A stretch of DNA of 64,000 bases from an uncultured bacterium (GCA_964459325.1 CAYWKU010000010.1:51831-115830), one strand, 5' to 3'. Counted from the stretch's first letter, positions 1-10,093 are shown. The notes: generated by a model not told the origin, from the letters alone. Translations and numbers: made by a program.

Positions 1-441
1 GACCACGTAAAATGCCGCCCCAAGGCCGGCCAGCACCAGTATCTTATAGGGCGGTAAAAAGGCAACGTTAACTATCAGGAAAATCGGTATAAGAGCTACG
101 TAAAGGCTTTTATAGCCCCCGTGAAAAGCGGAGAGCAACAGAACTCCGAGAAATAAAAAATACGAAATAATCTCCACCACAAGTTGCCGAGGGAAAGCAA
201 TAATCAGCAGGTAAAAAAGCAGCGCTACTCCCGCCGCGACCACAGGGGGCCACATGTATCTAAGGCTTAATACTTCTTCACCCTCCACCGGATATGTGCC
301 CCTCATAACGCTCAAAAGCACACATGCCACAAAAACAACAAACAACGCGGTCCTCAGGTTACGGGCCCGGGACTGCTCAAGCTCCACTTCCAGGGGCCTG
401 AAGGTGAAGTAATTTTCAACAAATTGGGATAAATTCTTCAT
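1..441 (-). CDS. Polytopic membrane protein, truncated at the window edge (N-terminal part present)
   Basis: ATG at 439-441 on the minus strand, immediately after the stop of the DUF362 gene. The translation (MKNLSQFVENYFTFRPLEVE...) continues through several hydrophobic helices with no stop before the window edge. Confidence 0.4.
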   Translation of the reverse strand, partial: MKNLSQFVENYFTFRPLEVELEQSRARNLRTALFVVFVACVLLSVMRGTYPVEGEEVLSLRYMWPPVVAAGVALLFYLLIIAFPRQLVVEIISYFLFLGVLLLSAFHGGYKSLYVALIPIFLIVNVAFLPPYKILVLAGLGAAFYVV

Positions 442-443
442 CG

Positions 444-1760
444 CTAAAACGGCCTGGCAACCCTCGAGCGGGTCTTTTTCCTCAAAGCCCCAACAAACAG
501 TCTTACTGTTGTAAACGGAGACAGCGGCGAGGCTTTGAGTATGTGCTTCGGCTTCATCAACCTTGCTATAAGTCCGGTTATCCGGGCCAGGTCGTTGTGT
601 TCGTCAATGGTGTAAACCTTCGCCTTGGGATACATTTCCTTTATCTCATCGGCAACTTCCACCACCGCGCACGGGCCGACTACCAGAAAATCCCCCTTCA
701 AACCCTCGAATTGCGACTTTTCAAAACCCTTTCCGCACACTACGTTAAATTCGCCCTCTCCGCCAACTTCATTATAAAGATACTCCGCCGCCGCTTCGCA
801 ATTTCCCCGGCACCCTTCCCTGCACGCCCTTTCGGAGCCGTAAATCCGGTTCATACCCGGAGGAAACTCTCCAAGAATGGTATACGGGTATTTCTCGGTG
901 TAGCCCGATATGTCGCCGATAATTTCCATATCGTTGATATTTCCCCGGCCGAGACCGTCGCGGTAAAGCAGGTTCAGGTGCTCGACCTCCTCGATTGAAT
1001 AGCCCATGATTTTCGCGCCCACCGTGTCCACCGCCACCGCATCGTCTCCGCCCATCACCAGCCCCATATCCACCGTCGTGCGCTCCAACTGCGAGCGGGC
1101 GGGAAAATGGCCGTGATAAACCAGCTTTTGGGCGTCCACCAGCACGAAATCCGGCCTGACGAACCAGTAGATGCGGGCAAGCCTTCTGTGGAGACCGTAG
1201 TTGTGGTAAAAAAGCCTGTCCCGGTCCTGCAACAGGCCCTGTTGATTTTTCACGGCAAGTGTAAGCGTGGTCATCGAGTGGGTTTTGAACTTGGGAGCGG
1301 AAAGATAAACGTTACTCTCCCTTTCCTCAATCCACGCCCTGTAAAGCCTTTTCGGAAACTGCACCGGACTGCCTTCATCGCCCAGGGTCACAGGGAGGGT
1401 AGGCTCTTCGTCCAGAAATACCGCCTCGGCGCCGAACTCCCGGCACAAATCCGTGTAACCGGTAGCCTTGAATACCAGGCGGGTAAAATTGCCGGCGGTG
1501 CAGTTATCGGCAAGGTAAATATCCTTTACACCGGCGTCCTTGAGCAGGCCCATAAGCGCCCGCAAAAACTCGACGCTCGTAAACTGCTCCGGCCCGTAAT
1601 GTACCGCGTTGGGCTTTACCCAGACGGATTTATGCGGCGGAAATACCTTTTCCACCCCTCCGTAAGGAGCGAGCACGTTTATGATGGTTCCCCTGAGCTC
1701 CGAGTCGATTATCTTCTCTACCGCGACCTTTGCCGTTTCGGATTTATTACTCATGTTCAT
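444..1760 (-). CDS. DUF362 domain protein with a Cys-rich (Fe-S-like) segment
   Basis: 438-aa ORF. The N-terminal region looks typical of the DUF362 family (VWVKPN...YLADNCTAGNF). There is a Cys cluster, CREGCRGNCE, plus further Cys residues. Confidence 0.65.
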   Translation of the reverse strand: MNMSNKSETAKVAVEKIIDSELRGTIINVLAPYGGVEKVFPPHKSVWVKPNAVHYGPEQFTSVEFLRALMGLLKDAGVKDIYLADNCTAGNFTRLVFKATGYTDLCREFGAEAVFLDEEPTLPVTLGDEGSPVQFPKRLYRAWIEERESNVYLSAPKFKTHSMTTLTLAVKNQQGLLQDRDRLFYHNYGLHRRLARIYWFVRPDFVLVDAQKLVYHGHFPARSQLERTTVDMGLVMGGDDAVAVDTVGAKIMGYSIEEVEHLNLLYRDGLGRGNINDMEIIGDISGYTEKYPYTILGEFPPGMNRIYGSERACREGCRGNCEAAAEYLYNEVGGEGEFNVVCGKGFEKSQFEGLKGDFLVVGPCAVVEVADEIKEMYPKAKVYTIDEHNDLARITGLIARLMKPKHILKASPLSPFTTVRLFVGALRKKTRSRVARPF

Positions 1761-2132
1761 AATTTACACAATACTCCCGCCGGATTCAAGACAGATTTAT
1801 CACTAAAAGTGGACAAAGTGGAGAACTATCCTCAGAATTCTTACAGTAGGGCGAATCTCGCGTTCGCCTTCCCGCATTAACCCTCCCGGAATATGGCATG
1901 AAAACCGATGTCTTGATGCAACAGTCATGACTCTTACGATTAACCACAAGGAACGGCGGGCGTTGTTTGCTTTTTCCACATATATTACTATGTTTATAGT
2001 ATTACTGGGGTTATGCTCGTCTCGTGAAGATGAGGAGGTGATAAATACGGGTAATCCTATCAAATTGATACAAGCAACTTGACCAATCGGCCCCTTCGAG
2101 TTAAAATCCTTTAATGAAAGACATTCAACGCC

Positions 2133-2357
2133 ATGAGCCTGGAAAAATTTGAAAAACTCGAAGGGAAAGTGAAAGCGCTGCTGGAAGAACACGGGCAGCT
2201 CAAAGATGAAAACCGCGAGCTTAAACGGAAGCTTCAGGAGTCTCAAAACCGTATAGCCCGGCTTGAGGAAAAACTCGACACCGAACACCAAAAACGCTCC
2301 GAAGCACTGGGGCAAGTGGACGAGGTTATCAAGCTGCTGGAAAATGCTGCGGGGTAG
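2133..2357 (+). CDS. zapB: ZapB-like coiled-coil cell-division protein
   Basis: 74-aa all-heptad coiled coil (MSLEKFEKLEGKVKALLEEH...ENRELKRKLQE), resembling the ZapB N-terminal region. It sits immediately upstream of zapA. Confidence 0.5.
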   Translation: MSLEKFEKLEGKVKALLEEHGQLKDENRELKRKLQESQNRIARLEEKLDTEHQKRSEALGQVDEVIKLLENAAG

Positions 2358-2388
2358 TTGCAACACTGCCGTATAAAAAGTTAAAATT

Positions 2389-2670
2389 ATGAAACGGTAT
2401 ACGGTTAACATTCTGGGCGAGGATTTTGAAGTCAAAAGCGACAGTTCGGACGAAAAAGTGCGGAATATAGCCCAATACGTTGATGAAAAAATGCAACAGG
2501 CGACAAACACCGGACGCTCGACATCGCGGGAAAAAGCCGCTATTCTGGCAGCATTGAACATCGCAGAAGACTATTTCGACCACAGGCATTCAACGGAAAA
2601 GGAAAAAAAGCTACTGGAGGAAAAATCGGACAAACTCCTGGAGCTTGTCCAAAAACAACTGGAGAGGTAA
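2389..2670 (+). CDS. zapA: Cell division protein ZapA
   Basis: 93 aa. Shows the ZapA pattern: FxVxSD...E......A........S....AILAALNIAEDY. Confidence 0.75.
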   Translation: MKRYTVNILGEDFEVKSDSSDEKVRNIAQYVDEKMQQATNTGRSTSREKAAILAALNIAEDYFDHRHSTEKEKKLLEEKSDKLLELVQKQLER

Positions 2671-2689
2671 CGGGCAATCCCCCGCCCGA

Positions 2690-2965
2690 CTGAAAAAGCC
2701 TGAACGACGTTCACGGATTGATGTGAAGGCAGGGGCTTTCGGCGGGGGAGAAAAATAAAAATTACTTTGTGGGGGAACAAAAGGTACGGAGCCGCAACTC
2801 CGCAGGGAATTTCGATGTTACCCGCGGAGCCGAGGATAGAAGGAAATTGAAATTTCTTCCGAAAATACGCTCATTTAAGACCATGGAGGCAGATAAGCTT
2901 CCTCCGATAGAGTGAGTCGTTTCCTCATAATCCGCTCTCCGTAATCTTTCCTCCCCCACCGGCGG
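2690..2965 (+). ncRNA. ssrS: Candidate 6S RNA (ssrS) in the zapA / 5-FCL intergenic gap
   Basis: A 300-nt non-coding gap between zapA and the 5-formyl-THF cyclo-ligase gene. The conserved zapA-ssrS-ygfA arrangement of E. coli and many other bacteria places 6S RNA exactly here. A long-range complementarity GGCGGGGGAG (2731-2740) / CTCCCCCACC (2951-2960) was seen. No covariance model was run. Confidence 0.3.
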
Positions 2966-2970
2966 GAACA

Positions 2971-3561
2971 ATGGAAGATATGCGCCAGGCCAAGAAGGCT
3001 CTGCGCTCGCGTATCCGCGCGGCCAGGGAACAAATATCCCGCGAAGAAATTGAGCGCAAGTCTCGTGCCGCAGCCGGGCATCTTATCGGCTCCCCCGAGT
3101 TCGACAACGCCGGTGCCATAGCCCTCTACAGGGCATGCTTCGGGGAAGTGGACACCGACGGGATATTCGACGAAGCCCGCTCGCGCGGCAAAACCGTCCT
3201 TTATCCTAAAACCGACATAAAGAACCATAAATTGCATTTCGGGGAGGTTGAGCGCCTGGACAGCATGATACCCGGGCGCTGGAATATTCCCGAGCCTCCT
3301 CCCGATGCCCGATGGAGGTCGCTCGACGAAGCCGAGCTGGTGGTGGCGCCCGGTGTGGCATTCGACACCCGGGGTGGAAGATTGGGCATGGGGGGCGGAT
3401 TCTATGACAGTATGCTCGAAAACGTTGATACGAATACCATAAAAATGGGACTCGCTTACGATTTTCAGGTACAAAATTCCGTACCAATGGACGATAACGA
3501 CCAACGCATGCACTGCCTGGTGACCGAATCGGGCATGATGCGATTCCCGGAAAGGGGGTGA
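2971..3561 (+). CDS. 5-formyltetrahydrofolate cyclo-ligase
   Basis: 196 aa. Family-typical N-terminal K..LR...R motif, a GxGGGFYD motif (MGGGFYD), and a fitting length. Confidence 0.8.
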   Translation: MEDMRQAKKALRSRIRAAREQISREEIERKSRAAAGHLIGSPEFDNAGAIALYRACFGEVDTDGIFDEARSRGKTVLYPKTDIKNHKLHFGEVERLDSMIPGRWNIPEPPPDARWRSLDEAELVVAPGVAFDTRGGRLGMGGGFYDSMLENVDTNTIKMGLAYDFQVQNSVPMDDNDQRMHCLVTESGMMRFPERG

Positions 3562-3565
3562 AACT

Positions 3566-5119
3566 TTGGCCGGATATATTTTAACCGCCCTCATTGCACT
3601 GGTTGTCGGCGGCATTGGAGGGTGGTTCGCATGGAACCAAATTCAAAAAAGAAAAGCTCAGGACGCAAAAACTCAGGCACAAAAAATTATCAGCGAGGCC
3701 GAAAAACAGGCTCAAAACACCACAAAGGAAGCCGAGCTGCAGGCCAAGGATACCGTTTTCCAGGCCAAGCAGGAGCTGGAAAAGGAGGAGAAGGAAAAAA
3801 GAAAAGAGCTTTCCAATTTCGAAAAAAGACTGCTACAAAAGGAGGAAAACCTCGATAAAAAGGTCGACCTCCTCGACCACAAGGAAATGGAAATCTCCAA
3901 ACGCGAGAAGAGTGTAAACTCCCGCGAAAAATCGCTAGACGAATCCGAGAAAAAAGTCGAGGAGCGCCTCAAGGAGGCCGAAGCACGGCTGGAAAAAATA
4001 GCCGGTATGACCGCCGCCGACGCAAAAAAGGAGCTTATAAGCAGAATGACCAACGAAGCTCGGCACGAGGCGGCCAAAACAATCAAGCAAATCGAGGAAA
4101 ACATCCGCGAGGAGTGCGAAAAGCTGTCCAAAGACATAATCACCCACGCCATCCAGCGATACTCGGGCGATTACGTGCTCGACCGCACGGTCAGCGTCAT
4201 TCCACTGCCGAACGACGAAATGAAGGGCAGAATTATCGGCCGCGAAGGCCGCAACATCCGCACCATCGAGCAGCTTACCGGAATAGACCTCATCGTCGAC
4301 GACACTCCCGAGGCGGTGGTGATTAGCGCTTTCAACCCCGTACGGCGCGAAGTGGCAAGGCTGGCTCTCGATAAACTCATCTCCGACGGCAGAATCCACC
4401 CCGCCCGCATCGAGGAGGTGGTAAAAAAGGCCGAAAAGGAGGTCGAGGACAGCATCAAAACCGCCGGACAGCAGGCCATCTTCGATATGGGACTGCACGG
4501 AATGCACCCGGAAATCGTCAAGCTGGTGGGAAGACTGAAGTACCGCACTTCGTACGCCCAGAACCAGTACCAGCACAGCATGGAAGTGGGCTTCCTTTGC
4601 GGAATAATGGCCGGCGAGCTGAAATTCAACATGAAGGAAGCCAAGCGGGCCGGAATCCTGCACGACATCGGAAAGGCCGTTGACCACGAAGTGGAAGGCT
4701 CACACGCTCAAATCGGCGCCGAGCTGGCCCGAAAGCACGGCGAAAAGGAGCACATAGTAAACGCCATCGCCCAGCACCACGACGACGAGCCGCAGTCGAT
4801 TTACGCCGTGCTGGTGCAGGCCGCGGACGCACTCAGCGGAGCGCGACCCGGCGCAAGAAGGGAAATGCTCGAAACTTACGTCAAGCGACTGGACGACCTC
4901 GAGCGTATCGCAAATTCCTTCGAGGGTATCGGCAAAAGTTACGCCATCCAGGCCGGGCGAGAAATACGAATAATGGTCGAGTCCGGGGAAATCGGAGACG
5001 AGGACTCGGTGGTGCTCTGCAGGGACATCGCGAAGAAAATCGAGGAGGAGCTTTCCTACCCCGGCCAGATAAAAGTAACGGTTATTCGCGAAACACGGGC
5101 GGTGGAGTACGCAAAATGA
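3566..5119 (+). CDS. rny: Ribonuclease Y
   Basis: 517 aa. N-terminal TM helix, a long coiled-coil, a KH domain ([26 protein letters not shown]) and an HD domain (HDIGKA...HH). Confidence 0.9.
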   Translation: MAGYILTALIALVVGGIGGWFAWNQIQKRKAQDAKTQAQKIISEAEKQAQNTTKEAELQAKDTVFQAKQELEKEEKEKRKELSNFEKRLLQKEENLDKKVDLLDHKEMEISKREKSVNSREKSLDESEKKVEERLKEAEARLEKIAGMTAADAKKELISRMTNEARHEAAKTIKQIEENIREECEKLSKDIITHAIQRYSGDYVLDRTVSVIPLPNDEMKGRIIGREGRNIRTIEQLTGIDLIVDDTPEAVVISAFNPVRREVARLALDKLISDGRIHPARIEEVVKKAEKEVEDSIKTAGQQAIFDMGLHGMHPEIVKLVGRLKYRTSYAQNQYQHSMEVGFLCGIMAGELKFNMKEAKRAGILHDIGKAVDHEVEGSHAQIGAELARKHGEKEHIVNAIAQHHDDEPQSIYAVLVQAADALSGARPGARREMLETYVKRLDDLERIANSFEGIGKSYAIQAGREIRIMVESGEIGDEDSVVLCRDIAKKIEEELSYPGQIKVTVIRETRAVEYAK

Positions 5120-5258
5120 GTGTTCGGGGGACATGTACTCGTTACGTGTCCCCCGAACACGGCAGGAGCTTCGCTCCTGCACCCTTCACTGCGCTCACGC
5201 ATAGCGATGAGGAAACTCAACTTCCTCGTCCGTTCGCGCAGAAACATCTGTGGAAAAA

Positions 5259-5545
5259 GACAAGGGGGCTTAAGCCCCTTGTCCAACGAATAACGAAACC
5301 CCGACCTTCAGGTCGGGGAGGTTCGCAATTTTGCTTTGCAGCCCCGGGCTTCAGCCCGGGGAGAAAATCTGAAGATTCCACGGACTGAAGTCCGTGGCTC
5401 TTATCGAAGTTGTGAAGCTCCCCGGGCTAAAGCTCGGGGTTTCTTTAATTGGCGGACAAGGGGCACAAGTGGAACGCGCGGCGAGAGCGCCGCGCCTACC
5501 AATTAAAAAGAAAAACCCGGGAAGCCGATAGCCTCCCGGGGTTCT
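5259..5545. repeat. Cluster of seven GC-rich stem-loops. The last one, with a flanking A-run and T-run, is a bidirectional terminator.
   Basis: Hairpins at 5259-5283, 5299-5318, 5341-5361, 5378-5397, 5420-5439, 5475-5495 and 5516-5540. Stems are 7-9 bp and loops are TTAAG/TTCA/TTCA/TGAA/TAAA-like. Confidence 0.6.
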
Positions 5546-5587
5546 TTGTCGTTCAACGGTTCCCGTGCTGCTACGGGCAACCCGGAC

Positions 5588-6700
5588 TTACGGCGTTACC
5601 GTCATGCCGTCGGTAAGGCCGCAATTGTCTCCGCTCTCACTGGTATCCAACGTCCAAGTGTTCGTACCGGCATTCTTGAACCAGCTATAGCAGAAGGCGC
5701 CGCCTTGCTGAACCGGCAGGGTCATTATCAAGAGGTCCGCAGGGGGAGTTCCATCCTTGTTTCCATAGTTGATTCCGTAAATTTTGCCGTCGTCGTCAAT
5801 AACGCCGCCGTAGAACTGGCTGGCCGAATTCTGGAGACCCTCCGGCATAGCCAGGGCCAGGGCCATGTTTTCGGTGTTAACCTGAACGTTGGCTATGATA
5901 TACAGCGGCAAGTCTTCAATATTCGGCTCGGTGGTCAGGCCGTAATTGAGGGCATAGCCGGAAACCACGCTTTTTGATGTAAATGCATCGCCCGAGTAGT
6001 CCGGAGCATTACCGTCATTGTCATTGAGAATGCTGAAGTTGCCGCTAAGTGCCGCCACCTTTACGTCCTTGCACTCTTCGATGTCGCAATCAACTCCGGG
6101 CGCGCCGTCCAGAAACGGATAAAGGGGGTCGAGCAGTTTACCGCGAACCTCGATGTCACCCTCATTTTCGTCATTGGTGAAGGAGAAATTGCATCCGCCG
6201 GAGCCGTCGGTCTTGAAGGCTATTACCGCCCTGCCCTTTTCCTCGCTTGTGATGCTGCAATTATCCGGGAGGCCGGTGTAGACGCAATCGGGCTCTACAT
6301 CATTGGTCAGTTGAGTTTCGAGCTGTGTGCAAGCGGTGTCGGTGGGATAATCAGCCGCGACTTTGGCCATCATGTAACCCAGGTCCATGGAGTCGTAAAT
6401 GAGGTTATGCGGGTCGTAATCCAGACCGTATGACCCCTCATTAGTAACCGCCAGGGCGAGTTTCACGACTTTATCGGCCTTTGCCGCCGGGTCTTCTTCC
6501 AGGATGAAATTGCCGTTGGGGGTGATGTTCAATATCTCTTCCGGCTCCACAACCTTTTTGTTCGGACCCTGCGTAGCATTAACGTTAAACAGTGAAGCGA
6601 AAAAATCGGCATCGTCGTCGCTGCTGTCGCCGCATCCGATGACGGCCCATGAGGTCATTGCCACTATTAAGATTACTGCCAACCAACTTAATTTTTTCAT
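5588..6700 (-). CDS. Secreted Asp/Gly-rich lipoprotein of unknown function
   Basis: 370 aa. Signal peptide with lipobox (AVIGC). Many D/N/G/T residues and several Cys pairs. No recognisable enzymatic motif. Confidence 0.65.
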   Translation of the reverse strand: MKKLSWLAVILIVAMTSWAVIGCGDSSDDDADFFASLFNVNATQGPNKKVVEPEEILNITPNGNFILEEDPAAKADKVVKLALAVTNEGSYGLDYDPHNLIYDSMDLGYMMAKVAADYPTDTACTQLETQLTNDVEPDCVYTGLPDNCSITSEEKGRAVIAFKTDGSGGCNFSFTNDENEGDIEVRGKLLDPLYPFLDGAPGVDCDIEECKDVKVAALSGNFSILNDNDGNAPDYSGDAFTSKSVVSGYALNYGLTTEPNIEDLPLYIIANVQVNTENMALALAMPEGLQNSASQFYGGVIDDDGKIYGINYGNKDGTPPADLLIMTLPVQQGGAFCYSWFKNAGTNTWTLDTSESGDNCGLTDGMTVTP

Positions 6701-7210
6701 CGCCTTACCTCCCTCTGCTTCTTTTTAAATTGTTCAGTTTAAAATTTTACTTAACCAACTATCCGCGAACCATAAAAAAAACCGGAAATTACCCTTCGCA
6801 ATCACCTCCTCCCCGTTTTAAAAATTTTTTAGTCGGTTTGTTGTACGACATCCGGGTGTATTTGATTTTCTCCTCTTTCGGTATGGATTTTCGTGTTTGA
6901 TATATACGGCATTATTCTTGCTGCAATCATTGTACCATGCCCTTTGATGTTAAAAATATATTTACGAAATATGTTGTTTTCAAGACAAAAGGGGATATTA
7001 TTATATGATACCGAAAAAAACCTTTAAAAAAGGATACTTGGCCTTCAGGTCAATCGAACGTTATTTATTAAAAAATTTTTCAAAAAGGGGGTGTCGGAGT
7101 TTGAGCCGGACAGTACTCAAACCAGTTTTCTTCTCAATTCCGGGAAAACTTTTTCTCAGGAAAAGGAATGAACGTCCAGCGGCCAAACCCCATTGTCCGG
7201 AAAAGATATA

Positions 7211-7292
7211 GACAAGGGGTTTCAACCCCTTGCCGATAACTCAAGGGGCTAAAGCCCCTTGGCTAAAGAATTAGCCCCTTGGCTAAAGAATT
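7211..7292. repeat. Two REP-like palindromic hairpins plus a perfect 20-bp tandem duplication
   Basis: GACAAGGGGTTTCAACCCCTTGCC (7211-7234). CAAGGGGCTAAAGCCCCTTG (7242-7261). AGCCCCTTGGCTAAAGAATT repeated twice (7253-7272 and 7273-7292). Confidence 0.6.
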
Positions 7293-7309
7293 GCGGAAAG
7301 GTGGTAAAA

Positions 7310-8110
7310 ATGAGGAAAATCAGTACCTTAGCGATTATTATGCTCGCGGCCGCGGTAGCATGGTCGGCCATCGGGGTCTCGGCCCCGGAAGAAGAAAAGG
7401 AGCTGACCGCCGACGAAATTATGGAAAAGGTCAGGGAAAACCGCTACCCCGAAACCAGCCGCTCGGAAATTAAGATGACACTCATAGATTCTAACGGTGG
7501 ACAACTGGTCAAGGAGTTCGTGATGTACCGGAAGGTCGCCGATGGCGACGCCAAGACCTTCATCGTGTTCCAGGACCCGCCCAGCGCGCGCGGCACCCGG
7601 TTTCTGGTGATTCAAAAGGGCGACGAAAAGAAAACCTTCGCCAAGTTCGCCGATAACCCCAACGTCCAGAGGATAGGCGAAAGCCAGCGCTCCGACAGGT
7701 TCATGGGCAGCGATTTTACTTACGGCGACCTGGAAATCGAAAAGGAGGGCGAAAACAACTTTGAAAAGCTCGGCAAAGAGGAGTATAACGGCATCCCCTG
7801 CTACATCATCAAAAGCACCCCCAAAAACCTCGATGAAGCCCAGTATTCCCACCTGAAATTGTGGATAGACCGGGAAAAGTTCGTTTCCCACTTCACCGAG
7901 TTCTACTCGAAGAAAAAAGAAAACGAGAAAATCAAAACCCTCGAAGTAAAGGAACTGAAGCTCATTCAGGACAAGTGGACAGCCACCAACTCGGTAATGA
8001 CCGACCTGAGGGACGACCACAAGACCATCATGGAGCTGGCCAGGGTAAAGTTCAACCTGGAAATTGACGACGGCATGTTCAGCCTCCGAACCCTGATGAG
8101 GGGGATATAA
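7310..8110 (+). CDS. LolA-like outer-membrane lipoprotein-sorting family protein (DUF1329-like)
   Basis: ATG at 7310 with an AAAGGTGG RBS. The TTG at 7259 in the ORF track lies inside the tandem repeat. Has a signal peptide, and the length and composition fit the LolA-like fold family. It is paired with the downstream OM protein. Confidence 0.55.
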   Translation: MRKISTLAIIMLAAAVAWSAIGVSAPEEEKELTADEIMEKVRENRYPETSRSEIKMTLIDSNGGQLVKEFVMYRKVADGDAKTFIVFQDPPSARGTRFLVIQKGDEKKTFAKFADNPNVQRIGESQRSDRFMGSDFTYGDLEIEKEGENNFEKLGKEEYNGIPCYIIKSTPKNLDEAQYSHLKLWIDREKFVSHFTEFYSKKKENEKIKTLEVKELKLIQDKWTATNSVMTDLRDDHKTIMELARVKFNLEIDDGMFSLRTLMRGI

Positions 8111-9501
8111 TGAGAACCCTGAAGGCAATGTTATGCAAGGTGATGTTTGTCGCCGCGGCGGCATCTTTATTGTTCATGCCTCCCGTATCCGGCCAACAGG
8201 ACGAGGGGGACTCGAAATGGGATTGGCTTAAAAATTCGTACCAGCGGGGAGGCGGGACATTCCGGCTGCAGTACGCTCACGACACCCGGGAGGAACCCGG
8301 CGAGGACCATTGGGACACCCGGATGAAACTCAGCGGCGGCGCCGATTTCAATCTGTGGAAAAAGGCCAAAATGCGCCTGTCCGCCATAGCCCTCTACGGC
8401 ATGGCCGGCGCCGAGGTGGATTTCAGCCTGAAGCCGGAGCAGATTTACCGCATCCCGGACGAAGCTTACATACTGCAATCGGTATGGCGCATGGATTTGA
8501 GCCTGGGCCTTCAAAGGGTCAAATGGGGCGCCAACCAGTTCCTCTCCCCCACAAACAATGTAAATCCCCTGGAATTACGGGGATTTATAGACCCCGACAC
8601 GGAAGATATAATAATCCCCGTCCCCATGGCCAGGGCCACCCTCTTCCTCACCGATTTCATATACCTGGAGGGTATTTACATCCCGTGGTTCTACGAGAGC
8701 GAGTTCCATCTTTTCGAGACGGATTACGCCCTTTGCAAGGATGAAGCCGTCTGCCCGGTGAACCGGAACGAATACATCGCGGAGGAGGACATACCTTTCG
8801 AGGAGCAATGGGAGGCCGGAGCCAGGATTCACGCCATCGTGGGGGACTTTACCCTGGAAGCCAGCTACTTCAACACCCGGGAGGATTTTCCGGTATACGA
8901 ATCTCAACTCACCCCCGGCGGATTCGACTACAAGTACAAAAAATACTTTTACCGCTATGAACTTTACGGCGGCGGCATCGGGTGGAGCTACAAAAAAATG
9001 GCGCTTAGAGCCGAAGGGGTGTACAGCCCCGAGCGCAAGTATACCGTGATGAGGGGTGTTCATATGTGGAACGTCAAGGGCTTTCGCCCTTCCCTGCAGG
9101 AAGCCACCAGCCCCTCGTACAGCTACGCCGTCGAGGCCGAATACAGCCCGTCCCGGAGGTTTTTCATAATGGGCGCCTTCCAGGAGTTCAAGCTGACGGA
9201 CGCCCCGCCCGACCTGCTTATATCCAGCGAAACCACCCGCGTGGGGCTTTTACTCTTCAGGGCAACCACCTTGAGGCAAAGACTCGAGCTAATGGGTGGG
9301 CTGTTGTATTTCATCGAGGACGACGATTACGTGGTAACGCCCCGGGTGTCTTATACGGCCACCGACCACATAAAACTTACGGCCGGGGCCAACATCCTGG
9401 ACGGTCCCCGCGCGGATACCAACACGCTGGGAGGCGTGGCGCCGGTGTCCATATACACGGAAGCCGACGAAGTGTTCGCAGGTTTCCGCTATGATTTCTA
9501 A
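8110..9501 (+). CDS. Outer-membrane beta-barrel protein (DUF1302-like)
   Basis: 463 aa. Signal peptide, alternating aromatic/hydrophilic strands, and a C-terminal ...FAGFRYDF ending in Phe. Translationally coupled to the LolA-like gene. Confidence 0.5.
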   Translation: MRTLKAMLCKVMFVAAAASLLFMPPVSGQQDEGDSKWDWLKNSYQRGGGTFRLQYAHDTREEPGEDHWDTRMKLSGGADFNLWKKAKMRLSAIALYGMAGAEVDFSLKPEQIYRIPDEAYILQSVWRMDLSLGLQRVKWGANQFLSPTNNVNPLELRGFIDPDTEDIIIPVPMARATLFLTDFIYLEGIYIPWFYESEFHLFETDYALCKDEAVCPVNRNEYIAEEDIPFEEQWEAGARIHAIVGDFTLEASYFNTREDFPVYESQLTPGGFDYKYKKYFYRYELYGGGIGWSYKKMALRAEGVYSPERKYTVMRGVHMWNVKGFRPSLQEATSPSYSYAVEAEYSPSRRFFIMGAFQEFKLTDAPPDLLISSETTRVGLLLFRATTLRQRLELMGGLLYFIEDDDYVVTPRVSYTATDHIKLTAGANILDGPRADTNTLGGVAPVSIYTEADEVFAGFRYDF

Positions 9502-9514
9502 AATATAAGGCATT

Positions 9515-10036
9515 ATGGTAGCGGGGCGGGGCTGGAAAAAGTGGATAGACGAATTCAGGCAGCTTGTGGACAAGCTGGACTCCGGCGACGCCTCCCTGCC
9601 TCCTTCCGAAAGCCACCGCATCAACTACCTGCGTAATCTGCTGGAAGCCGGCCTCGGGACAAAAAGCGTCCTCAGCGAAGACAACCGCCGGTCGGGCCTG
9701 AGGGTACCCTGTGAAATCCCCGCAGAAGTAAGGAGCCGCGGAGAAACCCGCCGGGCCGTGGTATACAACATTTCGCTGGGAGGGATGTTCATATCCATGG
9801 AACCGCTGCCGGAGCCGGGCGAAGATGTGGAAGTTGAGATACATACCCCCGATGGAAGCAAAATCACCCGCACGGGACGGGTAAAATGGGTGAGGGAGAC
9901 GCAAACGGAATACGGACACAACAAACTCAGGTGGGGAGCGGGGGTACTGCTGAAAGCGTTACCGTTCGAGCGGGAAGCGGACTACCGGGAGCTTTTCTTC
10001 AGCGCCCTGGAAAAACAAATCCTGGAAAGAGGTTGA
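9515..10036 (+). CDS. PilZ domain protein (c-di-GMP binding)
   Basis: RRSGLR (RxxxR) and NISLGGMF (D/NxSxGG) motifs with the usual spacing. Confidence 0.8.
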   Translation: MVAGRGWKKWIDEFRQLVDKLDSGDASLPPSESHRINYLRNLLEAGLGTKSVLSEDNRRSGLRVPCEIPAEVRSRGETRRAVVYNISLGGMFISMEPLPEPGEDVEVEIHTPDGSKITRTGRVKWVRETQTEYGHNKLRWGAGVLLKALPFEREADYRELFFSALEKQILERG

Positions 10037-10093
10037 GCCGTAGGGGCCCCGAGGGGTGGCCTCGACGTTATACGTCGAGGTTGTCCGCAAGGA

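Noticed and set aside
2133-2357. Alternative reading of the 74-aa coiled-coil protein as a generic hypothetical
   Set aside because: It was kept as ZapB-like because of its position immediately upstream of zapA and its pure heptad composition. Confidence was left moderate, because short coiled coils are not diagnostic by sequence alone.
5546-5977. 143-aa plus-strand ORF
   Set aside because: It is antisense to the 370-aa lipoprotein gene, which has a clear signal peptide and lipobox. It has no RBS, so it is treated as a shadow ORF.
7005-7211. 68-aa basic ORF in the AT-rich region upstream of the LolA-like gene
   Set aside because: There is no Shine-Dalgarno sequence. The composition merely reflects AT-rich DNA, and the ORF ends inside a REP-like hairpin. 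It is more likely non-coding leader DNA.
7259-7309. TTG start for the LolA-like gene as given in the ORF track
   Set aside because: The TTG lies inside the 20-bp tandem repeat and gives an N-terminus (MAKELAPWLKNCGKVVK) before the real signal peptide. The ATG at 7310 has a proper RBS and starts the signal peptide directly.
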